The notes beneath the pieces were generated by a model, which saw only the letters and a list, made by a program, of their open reading frames with translations, was not told where the DNA came from and ran no database searches. A stretch of 64,000 nt of DNA from assembly GCA_032718475.1 (NCBI GenBank), contig JAUCBJ010008604.1, positions 15,438 to 79,437 on the forward strand, written 5' to 3'. This DNA is from Nemertoderma westbladi (taxonomy: Eukaryota; Animalia; Xenacoelomorpha). How positions within the stretch are numbered: the first letter of the stretch is position 1; every line of letters begins with the position of its first letter. A program made the translations under genes and the position numbers. This document shows positions 47,477 through 62,092 of the stretch, one piece after another.

Positions 47477-50400
47477 AAATTATCAGGTTAGCTGAAATAG
47501 TAGACATTCAAAACCAATCTTTTAATAATTAGCTTTTCATTTCAACAACAAATTCGATGCAAAATGTATGAAAAGGTACTCGCACACTAATTAAACACAT
47601 TGTATAGTATAAAGATAACCTTAACCTTAGGGATTATTTTGCATAAGACCGTTCATTTAATGGACTGAGACAGGAAATGGTACATTAATTAATGTTGGAT
47701 GTAGGACTGCATACAGCATACATATTCTTAGTAAAGCAACTAACATACGAAAAAACCTTCTTAACTGTAAATAATTCCGTTCGACATTAGGCCTATAGAA
47801 TTAAGAACTTTATTACAGAATTCCATTAATGTGAGTCGATCTTTCAGCATTGGGTTAGGGTTGACTCTGAACCACTACTGACGGACTACTCTATATGACA
47901 TCAACATGTGCGTGAAGCGTAAAGTTATGATTTCTAAGGCAGTTCTGTTTGTATTACTTTTAGGGCATTAACTCCTTCTCATAACTGAATGTGGTTTCTT
48001 GAATAACACGCGCTCACAAGCACAAGACAACACAACTTCGATCATTTTGATTAAATTAAAGCTATAAATAATTGAGCATGTGGCAGAGATTTTATTTATA
48101 GTGGGAAAGTGAAAGAATATAAAAATAACGGCATGATAATACGGTAAGATGCTGAAAAATAATATGAGACCATCATAGTACAAATGTTTCCTGACAGTAA
48201 TTTATGTTGAGTTTAATCAACAGAAGTCATATTGCTGACATTGACATGAAACTGAATAAGTATGTGTGAGTATCCTAGTCGTAGTCTAAGAGGACGAAAT
48301 TCCCCAAGATGTGTCTCCCTTTGTAAATCGCCGAGTAAACAATACCATACACGAGACACATGGGTTAATTAGAGTCTCAACCCGTCCCACAAACTATCAC
48401 AGTGATTCCCGAATCCACGCAAAGATTCCCTATAATCTAATAACAAACTGAACCTGCACGCACATCATATAAACTATGAATAATTTAAGATGCCGTGGAG
48501 TTGGAGTGGTATGCAAATTAGCAGTACAACCAACTCAGAGTTACATAGTCACATCCGCCTAGTAATTCCTCTTCCATAAATCAATCTTTTCGACCCTACA
48601 AACTCACATCTTAAAGTTAATTAATAAAGGGGTTCGATAAACGGGAGATATGGTTCATCGGCCTGGGACCTGTCGACTCTAACTGAATAGTAAAACTTGG
48701 CCTAATGATAGCAGGTAACATGCCAGGGTTGTCATCACGCACAAATATACCGTCAGTTACAGTTACAGCCAACAAAATGCTGATGGAAACACACCGATAC
48801 AAATTGTAATTGATAAAACAAATGAATGTGATGTTTATTATGTGTAACTTAATACGACTACGATGGGTGAGCGTGAGAATGATTTGTGCTTTACTGGACC
48901 TACCGACACAGCTCTAACAATAAACCTAAAATGATATATAAACACATGAATTCCCAATGTTAGAATATTAGACGTTTCGTGACGGTATTGAAGGCAGTTA
49001 CTAAGTTAAAAGCTATACTTACCCGGTTGACAATAACCCCATCGATAATATCTTCACAACCTTCTGACTTCCTAAGTGAATCCCGTTTAGAATCGCGATT
49101 GAGTGAACTGAAAGATAACAGTATATTTTATAGTTTCTCGGTCGTATGAACAAACACTTAGTAGTAGTTAGATACTTAGTTATGGTACTGGTATAAATCA
49201 GTGGCAGTGCACATTTGACACATTTACATTTACGCCGTTGATTTAGTAACACTTTGGACGTAAACCTTTAGGCGAATATAATATGGAGATAATATTATAT
49301 TATCTCCATTAACAATATGTACAACATACATAGTATGTCTGAAGTAATAATAGTAGTAGTAATAATAATATAGGTAAAATGTTGATGTAGTCGCAACAGC
49401 ATTAGAAACATTATCTACTCTTATTATAGATAGGTTATAGACTATACAATATATATAAATAATAAAGATATGTCAATATATACTCGGCCATGTTTAACTA
49501 AAAATGACAGATAGGTAGATAGATAGACTAAAGACGCGTAATCTATAGGAGCTATTTATGTTGTTCTAGATTGGTGGATGAGAGAGCCGCCCAAAGAAGA
49601 AAAGAAACTCATCATAAATTAAAAATGTAACAGAACAGCCGTTGTTTGTTGAGGAGTATGAATGAATAACTAGAGGGCGGATTGCAGATGATAGATTGAA
49701 TCAATTTAAACTCGCTTACTCGGCGCAACGAACCTGAGACTTCCTGAAATCGGAAGACAAAATAATTGACTTAATGACGTCACGGAATGTGTCCGCCGAG
49801 ATTCCTCCAATTTATTCTTGCGTCGTCTACGAAACATCTCTAATGGCAGAAGTTATAAACTGAAAGTAATTGTATTTTGCTGCATTCAAAATTCTCATAA
49901 CAAAGTAATATTAACAGCTAGTTATTCAAGTAAATTACTAACTAAATAGAAAAAGTAACTTGGTAAAAAAGTAACTTTCTAATGGTGTAATATTGGTTTA
50001 GATTGGTGTCCTGACAGCCCATACCCAACCTCAACCCCAATTGGAACATTGCAAACCTAACCCTAAATCATAATGTAACAAATATAGTGGAATTTCCGAC
50101 AATAAAAGCCAACAACGGCGCCACTACTGTATAACCTGCCAAAATAGCAGTGGCTATATTATATTCCGGCACTGTAAGACAAAATGTGGTTTGGCTCTAA
50201 TGTGTACCAAACCGGATATAGGTATCCCCACAATGCTTGAACTTTTATAAGAAATACAATATAATAAATGTTGGAGTAAATATAAAAATATTATATTACA
50301 ATAAAATATTCAAACACACTGTAAATAACAACTCCTTTGCCTCTCCTCACCGACTAAAATGACAACCACTATATACTATACTATTCGAAAGTGAAGCTAC

Positions 50401-51777
50401 CGAATTAAAGGGAGTTTAAATCAACAGTGGTAACTGATAAATCCTCCTTCCAGTCAACTCCTTAGACCATTGGGTGGGTGAGATGCAGCTTCAAGGTAGT
50501 CAACACCATTTAACATAAATCGAATAGAGACAGCTTCCTAAGACTCTTATATTGCAGACAGTGTGTCGGTCTGACAGAAACACTACATATAATCCACCAC
50601 TAAATACACAGACGACACACAGACCCCAGCACCCAGCTCTCAACCTTCAACTAAAAACTCCATATCTAAAAAATAATTCTCTATGTCACATAGACGTGAC
50701 ATTTCCATATCTTCTGCGGTGGGAGGTTAGCTTATAAAGACACGAATTAATACCTACAATACAGGCCAATCAAGTCTATAATTTGTACTAATGCAATTGG
50801 CTTTACTATCAAAGTCCAAGAAATCGACGCATACTCAATTATTGTGAGTTAAAACAAAACCCGAGCCAAGTATATAATTATATTATAATTACATTTTATT
50901 ATTAAAGGAATATATGAATATAACAACAATGAAAAAGTTAGAACAATAACAAAACAGAACTGAGTAATAAATTTTTAATAACTAATTACGAGTTAATAAT
51001 ACCTAATTGATGAGTAACTTTGTTGGCCATATGGGATATTGAACTGGCGGTCTGTAAATATGATAACACTAATTGCATTAGGCCCTTGAGCACACATTGA
51101 AGGATATCATCATACGTTTGTAATCAATGTTATATTGTATTAATACTACAGTAACCGAAATGTTACTCAGTAATAACAAACAGCCTGATGAACTGATAAA
51201 ATTATGTCTTAAGGAAATGCTGAAGGTTGAATTTAAGTAAGATTATATTTTCATGTTATTATTTTAGAAGGTCACTTTCTTATTTTAATGATTCTCTGAC
51301 GCGGTTAATGCATATGCTAGGAAGCCATAAGCCATCAAATTATATTTTATAGACAAACAGGATAGCGGATAATATCAGCTAACAGGGTGGAGCGGGATAT
51401 ACGAGTTAGAGTAGATGTAAATAGTTACAAACACCAACATTTTTAACTATCTTATAATATGTAAATATAATTTCAAATAAGTTATAAATCACAAAACTAA
51501 TAAATTATTGAAATTGTGAAAAATTAAACATTTAATTATATGCTGTAGTTAATATAATTTATGTTAAGCCATGGCCATGAGCCAATCCTTGAGACAGTTA
51601 GTATTTGTCAGTTCAGTCCCTAACTGTCTAAATATCTAATTTTATTAACAGCCTAAATGTCATATTTTCATATCATATCCACTCTTTCAGCGGCAATGGC
51701 ATGATATTACGATGTAATTAATTAAAAAAACGGTGGGCGTGTTAGTTTACATTGAAATGCGTTAAATTTCAACCAAC

Positions 51778-51926
51778 CCTGGTGGAGACCAATTCCCGGA
51801 ATCTCTGGAGTATTTCTGCTTGAGTTTCTGTCGGAGTTTCAGTATACTGGAACCCAGTATCGCCCTGTGGGCCCCAGTTCGAACCCCTGCCTCCTTCAGA
51901 TCAGTTTCGTTCCACATGATAATTTC
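51778..51926 (-). CDS. SAM-domain exon, probably an upstream exon of the BCAR3-like gene
   Basis: TTCCAG|EIIMWNETDLKEAGVRTGAHRAILGSSILKLRQKL...|GTTGGT reads as the C-terminal half of a SAM domain. Same strand and upstream of the SH2 exons; linkage is inferred. Confidence 0.65.
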
Positions 51927-54900
51927 CTGGAACACAAATATGTACTATAAGCAAAAAAATAAGGAATGTAGAATACATGGTATATACGTTGTCTGTACTT
52001 TGTGCACACACAGTCAGTGAACCTTACCATACAAGTATATTAGCACTCACGCGGTCAAAATATAATTTTTTTTAATGTGAAAACTCTGAACTTTGATCCC
52101 GAAAAACGGATCCTCAGTAAAAATTTTCAAAAGTTTTCCGTTGACTCCAGTCATACCACCAAATTTCAATGACCCCGAGCTGATGCAAAGCCCTTTTATG
52201 TTCAAACATTCCACCGGACAGGGATGGGACAGAATGGCATGTATAGATTTGGCGGGTATACCGGTAACTGTATATGCTTTAATGCTCCTAACATAGTTGC
52301 TCGCTCACGAATTAATCAACGCACAAACCCACACCATAAGTAGTAAAAACTTAATGAGAAAAAGCCTATCAAGATTAAACTCGGTGACATAAAAATGCCT
52401 GTCATTCTTTCTTAATCTTTCCACGGATGAAATGAATAATTCACTACCCATCAGCCGCAACCAATTAATTATTATTCAAAACTCTTCCCAATAAATTATA
52501 AATGGGCCTCTTCTTGAATACGGAAAGACAAAAATAATTACAAGATAATCGTCCTACTGTTGTAGTAGGAGATATTAGATAGGCATGGAAATGTGACGCA
52601 ATCAATCACAGCATTAGCGCATTGCTTCCCCAGAAAGTCGATCAACATTCTCGTATTGGAATACCCATTGAGTTAGTGTGTTGGGAGTAGTTGGTCATAC
52701 CTACGATCGATTCCCGTTACTTCAGGCTACATATTATAATGCAGCATAAAACGGTCTCCAAGCCCTCAGCAACAATCTGAATTCCAATTAAATCACTGGA
52801 GCTTTCCTTTCGCTAACCTCGGAGGTGTACTGTATAAAGGAAATTACTGCGGCGAGAAGAAAAAAAAGCTTTTCTTCGGAAGACAATTTGAGGCCCTTTG
52901 GAAGAACCGAAAGGCCCCTATACTGACAGCCCCACCACGCCTTAATACTCAAAGGAAGCGAAGCACCATAGCATGATAGCTCTATACCAAAAAGCTCATT
53001 ATGGATTACGCAACAAAGGTAGCAGACAATGCTTTCAGTTTTTAGTTCTGCTAAGGAAAGACATCAGCGCGGTAGAGGTGCTGCTACTAACTAATGGTTG
53101 GCGCAGTTCGCTACACTTTTTTTTATAGAAATTAGTTTCCATGACATGATTATGGGTCCGCAACCACCTAAATCTCAATGAAAATGAACCGAAATCCAAG
53201 TAAAAGTGTCTGAAAGCTATAATTGACAGCCTCCAAGACACAGGGTTCTTGAAGATATTGACTAAGAACGACAGACACACACTGAGACTCTTATTTTATT
53301 GGAATATAAATATATAGCTCACAGAATATGGATCAACGCATTATAACAATATTCAATATGGATGGAATGGAAATAGTCCCGATTATCACCGAGTTGCTAT
53401 TATAAGTAACATTTGCTTTCTTTTTACCTTTATTAAAATAATAATGCCGGGTAATGCAATTAATTGTCAATCCAAATCCGTCGTTCTAAAGTCCAAAATA
53501 AATATATTACTAAAAATTCTAAAAACATCACATTATAATAAATTGCAAAATAAAATATAATAATAAAATAATTATTATGGATTTAAATGGCTTAATTAAA
53601 ATTTTAAAAGAAATTACATCTTTTACAATTACAAATTACAGCATAAAGAGCGTGACAAAAATAATTGTAATACAATTTAATACTTTTACTATAAGAAGAC
53701 ATACCGTTTAAGTACTACCATATGAATTATAGCTATTTATTACATTTTAAGTGCCTAACGTCTATCTAGAAACCAATGGCTACAAACTAATAATTAATGA
53801 TGCAGACTTTTGAATATATATTTGAAATGAATCCTATATTCTTTCTGACTGGCAGTTTTATATTGTGATATATTGTAGGAATTGACTTACATCATGAATT
53901 TGCACATTTGCGAGAAAATCGTACACAACTGATTAATAAAATGAGAGAGACTGATGAGTAATGAAATATAGTTACATGTACTGACTGACCTCAACTCCGT
54001 TGTACTGTTGGAATATATTCTTGTAGGAAGTCAAAGATAAGGCCGCCAACCACTTGTCGATTGAGAGATGGGGCTGATACATGGGGCATAGGGTCGACAT
54101 CGTAGCTTATGAACCAATAACCACCTAGGCAATATCATTATCAATATTACAATGAGGACAGACCAAAAGTCACCCATATTCCCGGCTGTAATCACCGAAT
54201 TATTATGTGAGTACGAAGAGTCAATCGTGATAAAGTTAGAGAAATTCACAATTCCTGCAATTACATCCGCACAATTGAGATAAAACTTGGACTCCAAGAA
54301 TATTTTCAAGTGGTACTTATATTATATTATGCAAATAAATGTATTATTATCATATTGTCAACTATTCCCCATTTGAATGGCCTTGATGTAGGATGTCGTT
54401 GATACCTTATTAAAGACGAATTATGATTTTCCGATAACGAATATTATGTGCGGGAGGTTTGGCAACTATCAGAAACCGTACCATTTGGTTAATTCATAAC
54501 ATAGAGCATTATTATAATATAATATAGAGAAAACTAATTTAAAAATATAGAATTGGAGGCATTTTCCGACTCACCTTGATACTTCAGATATGTTATTTCT
54601 GTTTAGTCTCGTAGATAAAAATCCCAACTGCATCCATATATAATGACTATCGACAATGTCATATTTTATTTGTTTCACTTTATTTTATACAAAGCAATAA
54701 AGAATTACCGCGGTAGGTACTTAAAACCAGCAAATCAAATTCTTATAAATCTATTGATATTTTACTCTACTAAACCGAAATTATTAGCGAATTAACATGA
54801 AGGCAATTAAATAGGTATTAATAACATTCTCTTGTAGTATGAGCAACGTGGCACAGTGGGTGCCTTATCCTAATGTAATATATTGTTTATAGCCTAAAGG

Positions 54901-57108
54901 TATCCTAGTGGGAATTTAAACCATTACTTATTGGCCCCATAGAGGTTAGAGGGCTTACAATTAGCCTATCCTTATAATAATAACGATTACGAATGTGGAA
55001 TTATCCAAGAACTAAGGTAAATCCAACCCACTGCAATATCGTAGTTCGGAATTCCTAAGCTAATCTATATAGTATAATATAGTATTAGTAATGACAATAG
55101 ACCTTCAAATAGAGCTTGTTGAATGCCAATTTGTTGATTACTAGCTAGACTAATAGTGAATAGGCATAAGTTGTGACCGCCCACGATCCATGAACAATTG
55201 TTGTAAACAGTGGGTGTTTGGCTTTGCGTCACACACTTCACTAAACTAACATATTTACCGAAGTTCAGAGCAGTTAGTCATATAGGCTAGTAATAATAAT
55301 GACCCCACACAGTTACAACTTGGGTGGTTGACTGAGGGGGTTTCCCGAACATTATGAAATTAATAATATCTCACTCATCTTCTTAATAAGATAGTGACAT
55401 CCTTCAATGTTATGTCCTCAAGAAAAGTTTATTATTTATATTATTTGTATATTACATAATGATAAAGATGGGACATATAAAAAACTAATATTAAATCTGT
55501 ACCAGTACTTATTGATTGGTATTTTTCCGAGTAAGTTGATTGCGTCGAAAGTACCCTCATGACTCATGTAAAGCATTTAAGACCAATAATAAACATATTT
55601 ATCATTCGAAAAATCGTAATAAAATAACGGGTTTAATATGGTTGTTGCGAAGCTTTTCATACGCTTTTGTCGTGACGTGTGGGTGAGCCATCATAAAACT
55701 ATGGCGGCCCATGTGAAGTATGCACATGTTCTGCAGTTATATGGCTAAATATAACCAAAACAATAAACGAATTAGTATCTGTACCGTACAGGTTATAAGA
55801 TATAAATAAGCGCTATAAAACACTTAATAGGAAGAAATTAAAAAAAATACAAATTCTTTAAAATTCAAATTAAATCCACCAAAATTCCAATACCATTACG
55901 ACCGAAAAGTGAAAGAAAACCTGGTATTATTTACATGGTGACTCTCGGACTATTGAAGATTTTGTATTGTAACACAGATACAACAGGCATCACGTTGCAC
56001 ACTAATTAAGGGAATTGTTCTATACAATTAACATGTATAGATAGATATATTTATTTATATATTATGCAAACAATAGAAACCAATACAAATACATTAAACG
56101 TAAACTTATAAATAGCGCAAAATAATAATAAATTTTTTAGGTACAATAAATTAAGTATGATTATAATCCTTCCATATGATGGATTTAACATCTTCATGGA
56201 AGGTGAGGGCAGCGGGAAACTAACTAGCATACCAGTCAACCAATAGCCAATAAGAGCAACGCGATGGCCCAGAGTTCCTGTCAAAATGTACAAGCCAATC
56301 AGTAATCTGCTATGAAGATGCAATAAATTAAAAAGAACCAACAACATCAGCCTGTTGGCGCCTACAGTTGTAGTGGCGGCGCATCTTGCTTGACTAAGAA
56401 GGTAAACTACACTGTAACCGCCCTTATTTAATATATGAAGACTAAACCATATAAGCTTATAAGGCATAGCCGAAGAGGCGACATACACACCCATAACCAC
56501 CCCATCTGGTCACCCAAACACAGTAAACACACGCGCCCATGGTCTACTCTACTACACAGTATACTACTATAAAGAAACATCAAACGAGCCTTGTCAACAC
56601 AGAGCTCTTACACTATTACAGTAGGTAATTCATATTATTGCGGTAGACACCAGTCACTTGTCTTTTAAATTTATAGCCCCCCCCCCCCCCCCCTTCTCTA
56701 GAGATTTTATATAATATATTTACAAATCATAATAAAATCGATACTGAATTAGTTAAAGTTTATTAATTAAATTGTTAATTGAAATAGTTGTTGAACTGAG
56801 GGCTATAGGGACGCTATATATAACACTTAATTGCCTGTATATTCCGCATATGTTACTGCAGAAAAATTATTTATTGCTGCCGTAACAATTATTTGTTACT
56901 GCAGTTAACAAATATTTATTACTGCAGTACCAGTAATAAAAAAAAATATATTTCAGTAATAATTATTGTGTAAGCATTTTTATTGTTTCATAGAGAGGTT
57001 TTCATTAATTTATATTTTGATGCTAAGCCGCCATACACGAAGGCGCCATGTGAATTCTGAAAGGAAAATATATAAGCATTTTTTGCAGCCCCCCCCCCCC
57101 CCCCCCCC

Positions 57109-57457
57109 TGTGATGATATACTGTACGCATCTACTACGCGGACGCAGCCCGCGCTGCTTATACCTAGAGATACCCGCGTGACACGTGATGACGTCACAGT
57201 CAGACTACTGCTACGCGCGCTATGCAGCCCATAGCCTAGCGCTCTGCTTATCTGGCATATACTGTCTCTGTACCGTACTGCTGTAGGGGTCCTTCAAGGA
57301 CACAGGTCTGGACTCGGGACTCTGTCGAACACTGCCGCACTATCGTTGTGTGTACCGCATTGTATTCCTCATACATTCTATTCTACATTATATGATCGTG
57401 ATTTATGTTGATATTTCTCCACCTCATATTCTCATATGCTCAGTGCATATCCCCATA
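57109..57457 (+). repeat. 5' LTR (349 bp)
   Basis: TGTGATGATATA...CCCCATA. By eye it differs from the 3' LTR by about 6 substitutions and an 8-bp indel. Confidence 0.95.
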
Positions 57458-57580
57458 TGGCGCAGTTGTGTTCCTGCTACCTCTAAGAGCTGCAGTCGAA
57501 CTTCGCGGTAATCTCCGGACAGATTGAACATACCGAAAGAGGCCTACACCTACATACGAGTACGCGAGTACCGGTACATC

Positions 57581-60160
57581 ATGTCGAGACGTCGACAAGC
57601 AAGTGACTCGGACCCGGACACGGATGCTACCGAACCGGCCACCGGCACGCCTACAGGCATCACCGACCTGCGACGCGAACTCTTCCAACAGCAGGCCCAC
57701 GCGGATGCACGAGTCGACAAACTTACTGCTCTACTGGTCCAGCAGCAGGCGGACGCCGCCCTGCAGCGAGCAGACGCGGACGCTCGGATGGCGCAACTGA
57801 TCGCCGCCCTCCAGGTCCAACAAGGCGCGGTCCCTGCCGCAGCTGCACCTCCCGCCCCTGCTGCGGGACAACCTGCCGCCGCGGGCCCGGCACCGGGAGC
57901 CGACCCGCCACATCGACGCCGCGTTTTAGACATAACCGGCCTCGAAAAAATCGATGGGGACATCGAGTTTACCCCATTCCGACGTTGGAGGGAGGCTTGG
58001 CGGGTGCACGCGCACCGCCAGCAAGCCTCAACTTTCCCCCGAGACGCACAGGTCTACGCCCTCGTGTCCGCTCTCGGCCGGGACCTCCAGCAGACCCTGA
58101 CGGTCACCCTACGTGTCGACATCGACGATCCCGATACGACGACGGACTCGATCCTCGACACCCTGCAGGCCCACCTCCGGTCGAAACGCAGCATTGCGAT
58201 CGACGGAATCCGCTTCCACGACCGGAAACAGGGGCCGAACGAGAACTTCGACGCATATCGGATTGCGCTCGAAGAACTCGCGGACGCAGCAGAACTCTGC
58301 GACCACTGCCGGAACCGCCAGATCGTCACACAGATCCTGGTTGGAATCCGCAGCTCCGAGACGCGCACAGAACTCCTCAAGGTTCTTCCACAGCCCACGT
58401 TGGACGACTGTGTGCGAATCGCCCAGACAATGGAAGCGAGCGAGCGCAACGACACGATTATCGGCCGGGGACGACCCGTCGCCAAGGTAACTTCGAGTTA
58501 CAAACGTTCGCGCTCGAACTCCTCCAAACGGAAACCACAGTCCGACAAACCGCAACCGACCAACTCGGAACGCGCGTGTACAAACTGTGGACGACAACAC
58601 GCGGCTGGCAAAGCACATTGCCCCGCCAGGGACGCCACCTGCAGCTCGTGCGGGAAGGCGGGACACTTCCGGGCCGTCTGCCGGTCCAAACCCAAATCAC
58701 CCGGGAAGTCCGACTCCGCCTCCTACGAGAAACCACGGATAAACTCTATCCTCTGCACGGCTCAACTCCGATCCATCCTGCGATCGAGTAGCAGCCCCCC
58801 GGCATCCCGCCACGTCAACCATGTTGTCGGCGGCGTTACGTACCCGCCTGCAACGTGCGCCCTCGAGCGCATCCCGATAGAGCTCCGCTACGCGCGGACT
58901 GCCAAACACATGGGCACCGTCCCGCATGCGCTCCCTGACAGCGGCGCGGCTGCCACCATGTTGGGCAGCAAACTCTACCAGTCGATAGGAGGGAAGGAGA
59001 AGGACCTGCTTCCTTACCCCCTCAACGAACCCGAGTTACTCGCGGCCAACGAGAACCCTCTCGCGATTACTGGAATCTTCCACGCCCGGATCTCCTATGG
59101 TGGAAATTCGGCACCGGTCACCGTCGTCGTCTCTCCGGAGATCGACGGAATGATTCTCAACCTCGAGGCCATGCGCAACCTCGACATCATCGCGAAGGAC
59201 TTCCCGCACCGCATAAACTCGTTAACAACTTCCTCTCCCGGGGCGGCTACTTTACGAACTCGCGACGAGTTCCTCCGCGAGTACGCCGATGTCTTCGATG
59301 ACACATCGAAACCCCTTACAACCATGGCGGGCGAACCCATGCGGATCGAACTGAAGGAAGGCGCCACACCGTTCCACGTAAACGGTGCGCGGCCCATCCC
59401 CTTCGCCATGAGGGACGAGGTAAAACATCTCCTCGACGAGATGGTGAAGCGCGAGGTCATCGAACGGGTGACGGAGCCCACCGACTGGGCCCATCCGATG
59501 ACCGTCGCCATTCCGTCTTCGGCGAAGTTCTTCTCCGCCTTCGACGCTGCTTCCGGCTACTGCCAGGTACCCCTCGAGAAGGAAACCCAACTCCTCACCA
59601 CCTTCGTGACGCCCTGGGGCCGTTACAAACACTGTCGGAGTGTTATGGGACTCATCTCGAGCGGGGACGAGTACAACCGGCGGGGCGACGATGCCCTCCG
59701 GGACCTGCCAAACCTCACTAAACTCGTCGACGACGTCCTATTGTACAACAACTCTCTCGACGAGCACCTCGCCAGTGTTCGGTGCTTCCTCCAACGCTGT
59801 CGCGAGGCAGGCATCTCCCTGCATCCCGACAAGGTCCAGTTCGCCCAGCGCGAAGTCAAGTTCGCGGGCTACCTCGTCGGGGCTAACGGGATACGGGCCG
59901 ACCCGGCAAAGCTCCGGGCCATCGCGAGTTTCCCGCGGCCGACAAACATAACCGACCTGCGGAGTTTCGTCGGACTCGTCGAACAACTCGCCCCGTTTTC
60001 GGCCGACATTTCCTCTACAATGTCGCCCCTCCGCCCCCTCCTCAGTTCGCGAAACTCCTTCCTCTGGACCTCCGACCACGAGGCGGCTTTCGAGAGAACA
60101 AAACTCTCGCTTCTCTCGCCCCCAGTTCTCGCTCCCTTTCGAGTCGGAACGCGAGACTAA
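57581..60160 (+). CDS. Gypsy gag-protease-RT polyprotein (RT has an internal deletion; ends at a frameshift)
   Basis: Two zinc knuckles ([24 protein letters not shown]), protease LPDSGA, RT motifs [33 protein letters not shown]. First ATG at 57581. Confidence 0.9.
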   Translation: MSRRRQASDSDPDTDATEPATGTPTGITDLRRELFQQQAHADARVDKLTALLVQQQADAALQRADADARMAQLIAALQVQQGAVPAAAAPPAPAAGQPAAAGPAPGADPPHRRRVLDITGLEKIDGDIEFTPFRRWREAWRVHAHRQQASTFPRDAQVYALVSALGRDLQQTLTVTLRVDIDDPDTTTDSILDTLQAHLRSKRSIAIDGIRFHDRKQGPNENFDAYRIALEELADAAELCDHCRNRQIVTQILVGIRSSETRTELLKVLPQPTLDDCVRIAQTMEASERNDTIIGRGRPVAKVTSSYKRSRSNSSKRKPQSDKPQPTNSERACTNCGRQHAAGKAHCPARDATCSSCGKAGHFRAVCRSKPKSPGKSDSASYEKPRINSILCTAQLRSILRSSSSPPASRHVNHVVGGVTYPPATCALERIPIELRYARTAKHMGTVPHALPDSGAAATMLGSKLYQSIGGKEKDLLPYPLNEPELLAANENPLAITGIFHARISYGGNSAPVTVVVSPEIDGMILNLEAMRNLDIIAKDFPHRINSLTTSSPGAATLRTRDEFLREYADVFDDTSKPLTTMAGEPMRIELKEGATPFHVNGARPIPFAMRDEVKHLLDEMVKREVIERVTEPTDWAHPMTVAIPSSAKFFSAFDAASGYCQVPLEKETQLLTTFVTPWGRYKHCRSVMGLISSGDEYNRRGDDALRDLPNLTKLVDDVLLYNNSLDEHLASVRCFLQRCREAGISLHPDKVQFAQREVKFAGYLVGANGIRADPAKLRAIASFPRPTNITDLRSFVGLVEQLAPFSADISSTMSPLRPLLSSRNSFLWTSDHEAAFERTKLSLLSPPVLAPFRVGTRD

Positions 60161-62048
60161 ACTCGAGACCGACGCTTCCCGGAAGAACGGACTCGGGTAC
60201 GCGCTACTCCAGCGCCATGACGACAACTGGAGATTAGTGGAGTGCGGATCGCGGTTTATCACCGAAACCGAGTCGCGCTATGCGATGGTGGAGCTTGAAC
60301 TGCTCGCCGTTGCCTGGGCCGCCCACAAATGTAAACTTTACCTACTGGGCCTCCCCAACTTCACTCTCATTGTCGACCACCAACCACTGGTGACAATCCT
60401 CGATCGATACATGATCGACGCCACGGATAACACACGCCTCCAGCGGCTTAAGTCGAAACTCACTCCTTACTCCTTCACAACGGTATGGAGGAAAGGAAAG
60501 GAACACCGCATTCCTGACGCGTTATCCCGTGCACCCGTCGATGATCCGTCCCCCGACGACCTGATCGACGACGGCGAGATGGCCTACCATCTCCACGCGG
60601 TTACCATAGCAACGGTTGCGGCCATCACGGAGGGCTCGGAGCCCACTGACAACTTCGCGGACCTCACCCTCAACTCGCTCTGCGAGACGGCCCGGGACGA
60701 CCCCGACTACTGCGCGCTCCTCGACGCCACACAGTCCGGGTTCCCGCCGTCCTCCCACCACATCCCGGGGGTAACGCCCTACTGGTCGATCAGGGAGGAA
60801 CTGACCACCGATCGTGACCTAGTCCTCTACGGACAGCGGATCGTGGTCCCGCGGGCCGCGCGACGGAACACACTCGCGCGACTTCACGCCGCCCACCAAG
60901 GGGTAGAGAAGACCCTCCGGCGTGCCCGCCAAACTGTTTACTGGCCCGGACTCACGAATGACGTCCGGACGACGGTCTCAGCGTGTGAGCCCTGCCTCAC
61001 CTACCGTCCGAGTCTCGCCAAGGAGCCACTCCTACGAGATCGCGAGGCAACCCGGCCCTTCGAGCAGATCTCGGGCGATCTGTTCTTCCAAGACGGCCAC
61101 GACTACCTCGCTGTTGCGGATCTATATTCCGGTTGGCCTGAAATTTACGGATACACCAACCACCCCACCGCCGCCACAACTGCCACCCATCTACGGGATG
61201 TCTTCGTCCGATTTGGAGCCCCAACGCGACTCTATTCCGACGGCGGACCACAGTTTGCGGGGTCGAACATGACGGACTTCCTCCGCAACTGGGGAGTCGA
61301 GCATTCCTTCTCCTCCCCCGAATACCCGCAGAGCAACGGCCACGCCGAGTCAGCCGTCAAAGCTCTCAAAGCCCTCCTTACAAAGACAGGAGGCAAAATA
61401 AACTCAGCCGCATTCCAGGAGGGCCTCCTAGAACTGCGCAATTCACCCCGCGCCCACGGTTTATCACCAGCCCAAATCCTGTTTGGACACCCCATACGCT
61501 CGCGGGTGCCCATGCACAGCAGGGCCTTCAACGCCGACCATCAAGCGACACGGACAGCGCTAGACGCCGCTGTGCCACCGCTGATGACGTCACAGGCGTC
61601 CTATTATAACCGTGGGGCCAAACCACTTCCCACTCTCACAGTGGGGGACCCTGTGCGGATCCAGAACCCGACCACAAAGCGTTGGGATCGCACCGGGGTC
61701 GTGGCCGAGGCAGCTTCCCATCGCAGCTATCGCATCCGTACAACGTCCGGCCGTTGCCTCACCCGTAACCGTCGCCACCTCCTAAGGGACACCGCCACCG
61801 GGACAACACGGGACACCAACGCCGGGACAACACGGGACACTACCAACGGGTCTCCAGGGGACACCACCGCTGGTACACCACTAAACGCTGCCACTGGGAC
61901 ACCAAGGGACGATGACGCCACCCAGTCTGGCTCACCCAAAGGCATTCGCTGGGCGACACCGCTCACCAGCGAAACACTAATCCCTGCGCGCTCCTCACCA
62001 CAGCGCACCTACCCTCGACGTCACAGACGCCCACCCAACAGACTATAG
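60150..62048 (+). pseudogene. Gypsy RNase H-integrase, frameshifted continuation of pol
   Basis: [33 protein letters not shown]; integrase H..H...[21 protein letters not shown]. This frame is +1 relative to the RT ORF. Confidence 0.88.
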
Positions 62049-62092
62049 ACTTGGGTAGTTTATTCACTGCCGCTGATAAACTAGAAGGGGGG

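Noticed and set aside
46090-47478. Pro/Gly-rich ORFs
   Set aside because: They are translations of the MITE arm and internal repeats.
60140-60165. Programmed frameshift between RT and RNase H
   Set aside because: Gypsy recoding occurs at the gag/pol boundary and no slippery heptamer is evident; a 1-bp insertion is the simpler explanation.
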